Source: Candidatus Poribacteria bacterium
GTDB lineage: Bacteria > Poribacteria > WGA-4E > PCPOR2b
Assembly: GCA_965218095.1 (NCBI GenBank)
Contig: OZ244587.1
Span: 5,440,001-5,504,000 of the forward strand
Direction of reading: 5' to 3'
Length of the DNA stretch: 64,000 bases
Positions 61,903-64,000 of this stretch are shown in pieces. The translations under genes were made by a program, and so were the position numbers. The notes under the pieces were generated by a model. It saw only the letters and a list, made by a program, of their open reading frames with translations. It had not been told where the DNA came from and did no database searches. Numbering within the stretch: the first letter of the stretch is position 1; the number at the start of each line of letters is the position of its first letter.

Positions 61903-63543
61903 TTGCCAAAAAATAACACCGCCGCAGATACAACACAAACCACAATCCCGTTTTCCCCTCCAGATCAGGAACAGTTAGACATATCCACCCTTGAAACATG
62001 GCTATGGGACGCCGCCTGTGTGATTCGTGGGGCGACCGATGCCCCGAAATTCAAAGATTTCATCCTACCCCTGATTTTCTACAAGCGGCTCTCCGATGTG
62101 TTCGATGATGAATTTGCGAAACAGGTCGAGGAATTCGGCGATAAAGAGGTGGCGCGGGAAATCATTGACGCCGACCATCAGGACGCACTAAAGAGCGGAC
62201 GCAACCCGATTGTTCGTTTTTATATACCTAAGCAGTATTGTTGGGAGGCACTTCGTGACCATCCGCCAGATGGTCGCTTAGGAGAATTTGTCACCGAAGC
62301 GATGCGCTTGGTTGTGAGTCAGAACCCGCGGTTAAGTGGCGTCCTTGACGTACAGGACTTCAACGAACAACAGAGCGGACAGCGAACCCTTGACGATGCC
62401 CGACTAGTCTCACTGATTGAGGTCATAAGCCAACATCGGCTTGGACTTCAAGACACAGAGCCGGATATCCTAGGGCGCGCCTACGAATATCTGTTACGGA
62501 AATTTGCCGAAGGACAGGGACAGAGTGCGGGTGAATTCTACACCCCGAAAGAGGTTGGTCAGTTAATGGCACGCCTCATCAACCCCGAACCGCACACCAC
62601 CATCTACGACCCAGCCTGTGGTTCAGGCGGGCTGCTTATCAAACCCCGCCTCCTATTTAAGGAAACACATCCGGATGAACAGAGCGCGGCTCCAAGAATC
62701 TACGGGCAGGAACTGACCGCTACCACCTACGCCATGGCAAAGATGAACGCCTTTCTGCACGATTTTATCGGTGCAGATTTGCACATCGGCGACACCTTCC
62801 GCAACCCGCGTTTTGTTACCGACGATTCGGGCCTGCAACGCTTTGACTATGTGCTCGCCAATCCGATGTGGAACCAGAAGGAGTATAACGATGCCTTTTA
62901 TGCCAATGACCACTGGCAACGGTTTCCCTATGGCGTTGCGCCGAGTTCCTCCGCGGATTGGGCGTGGGTTCAGCATATACTCGCCTCCCTGAAAGAGACC
63001 GGACGCGCCGCGATTGTCCTTGACACCGGCGCGGTGTCTCGTGGTTCTGGCAGTGTGCAGACCAGTCGGGAGCGGGATATTCGCAAAAGGTTTGTGAAGG
63101 ATGACCTGATTGAAGGCGTGATACTTCTGCCCGAAAACCTGTTCTACAACACCAGCGCACCGGGGATTATTTTGCTGCTGAACTGCAGCAAGCCAACGGA
63201 ACGTAAAGCACAGATCCTGCTTATCAACCTTTCCAACTATTTCGTAAAGGAGACTCCCAAAAACGCCTTGACCGATGAAGGGATTGATCTCGCAGCGGAA
63301 GTATATCAGGCGTGGGAATTGCGTGAGAAGTTGAGCCGTGTTATCACGCTGGAAGATGCCCGAAAAACCGATTATAACCTGAGCCCTTCCCAGTTTGTGG
63401 ATGTGGGAGATAAGGTAGAACACCGTCCTATCTATGAGATTCTGGCGGACCTGACGGAAGCACGGATCGCCCGCGAAAAGGCGGATAGGACGTTGGAAGA
63501 TCTGTTGACTCGTCTTGGACTCAATGGGGAGGGTCTACAATGA
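61903..63543 (+). CDS. hsdM: Type I restriction-modification methyltransferase subunit M
   Basis: LWDAAC.IRG, DILGRAYEYLLRKFA, AGEFYTP, YDPACGSGG, ANPMW, LPENLFYNT. Confidence 0.95.
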   Translation: MPKNNTAADTTQTTIPFSPPDQEQLDISTLETWLWDAACVIRGATDAPKFKDFILPLIFYKRLSDVFDDEFAKQVEEFGDKEVAREIIDADHQDALKSGRNPIVRFYIPKQYCWEALRDHPPDGRLGEFVTEAMRLVVSQNPRLSGVLDVQDFNEQQSGQRTLDDARLVSLIEVISQHRLGLQDTEPDILGRAYEYLLRKFAEGQGQSAGEFYTPKEVGQLMARLINPEPHTTIYDPACGSGGLLIKPRLLFKETHPDEQSAAPRIYGQELTATTYAMAKMNAFLHDFIGADLHIGDTFRNPRFVTDDSGLQRFDYVLANPMWNQKEYNDAFYANDHWQRFPYGVAPSSSADWAWVQHILASLKETGRAAIVLDTGAVSRGSGSVQTSRERDIRKRFVKDDLIEGVILLPENLFYNTSAPGIILLLNCSKPTERKAQILLINLSNYFVKETPKNALTDEGIDLAAEVYQAWELREKLSRVITLEDARKTDYNLSPSQFVDVGDKVEHRPIYEILADLTEARIAREKADRTLEDLLTRLGLNGEGLQ

Positions 63544-64000
63544 GTGAGATGAGTTTGCCAGCGCATTGGAAAGCGGCTAGGTTCGGAGAACTAGGAGATT
63601 TGGTTCGCGGTGTTTCTTATAAAAAACAAGAGGTAACTGATACTGCGGAGCTTGGATATTTACCAGTTCTTAGGGCAACAAACATTCAAGATAGAGAGCT
63701 AATGTTAGGAGAGGAACTAGTATACGTTAAAGCTGAAAAGGTTTCAGATTCACAGCTTTTACGCATGGGTGATGTGATAATTGCAATGTCTAGCGGAAGT
63801 AAATCTGTAGTTGGAAAATCCGCCCAGTTAAATACGGATTGGAATGGTTCTTTTGGTGCATTTTGTGCGGTTTTCCGCCATAATTCAATGGTAGAATCAT
63901 TTTTTATTGGTCATATTTTTCAGACTAAGAATTATCGGGAGCATTTACTTAGAGAAGTTCGTGGCACAAATATTAACAATTTATCGAAAAATCATATTCT
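63540..64000 (+). CDS. hsdS: Type I R-M specificity subunit S (runs off window end)
   Basis: ATGA overlap with the hsdM stop; MSEMSLPAHWKAARFGELGDLVRGVSYKK...LPVLRATNIQ...GDVIIAMSSGS..VGKSA...GTNINNL. Confidence 0.88.
   Translation, partial: MSEMSLPAHWKAARFGELGDLVRGVSYKKQEVTDTAELGYLPVLRATNIQDRELMLGEELVYVKAEKVSDSQLLRMGDVIIAMSSGSKSVVGKSAQLNTDWNGSFGAFCAVFRHNSMVESFFIGHIFQTKNYREHLLREVRGTNINNLSKNHI

Overview
Bacterial chromosomal window. The gene content (PhyH dioxygenases, Gfo/Idh/MocA oxidoreductases, an FGE-family protein, a PorV-like protein, a PEP-CTERM remnant) resembles Ca. Poribacteria or relatives; that assignment is inference only. Family calls come from motifs and remembered homologues, not from searches. 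Highlights: (1) a minus-strand selenium cluster, egtD - betaine-type ABC transporter - MetE-like gene - senA - two small ORFs - selD - senB, i.e. selenoneine biosynthesis. Both SelD (CGUAAK) and the MetE-like enzyme (HLURGN, at the Zn-ligand Cys) carry an in-frame UGA followed by similar SECIS-like hairpins, pointing to a candidate selenocysteine methionine-synthase-like protein. (2) A three-gene cytochrome operon: a P460-family lipoprotein, a Cyc2-like cytochrome-porin with two CxxCH, and a membrane-anchored dihaem cytochrome. (3) A defence island: CBASS (CapV patatin, CD-NTase, E2-like/SEC-C protein) transcribed divergently from a single-ORF DdrO-IrrE fusion, followed by type I R-M hsdM/hsdS, with a duplicated hsdM 5' end on the other side of the module. 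(4) A degenerate integron cassette with an attC site, nested MITE/REP elements, and many pseudogenes. No rRNA, tRNA or CRISPR array was seen.
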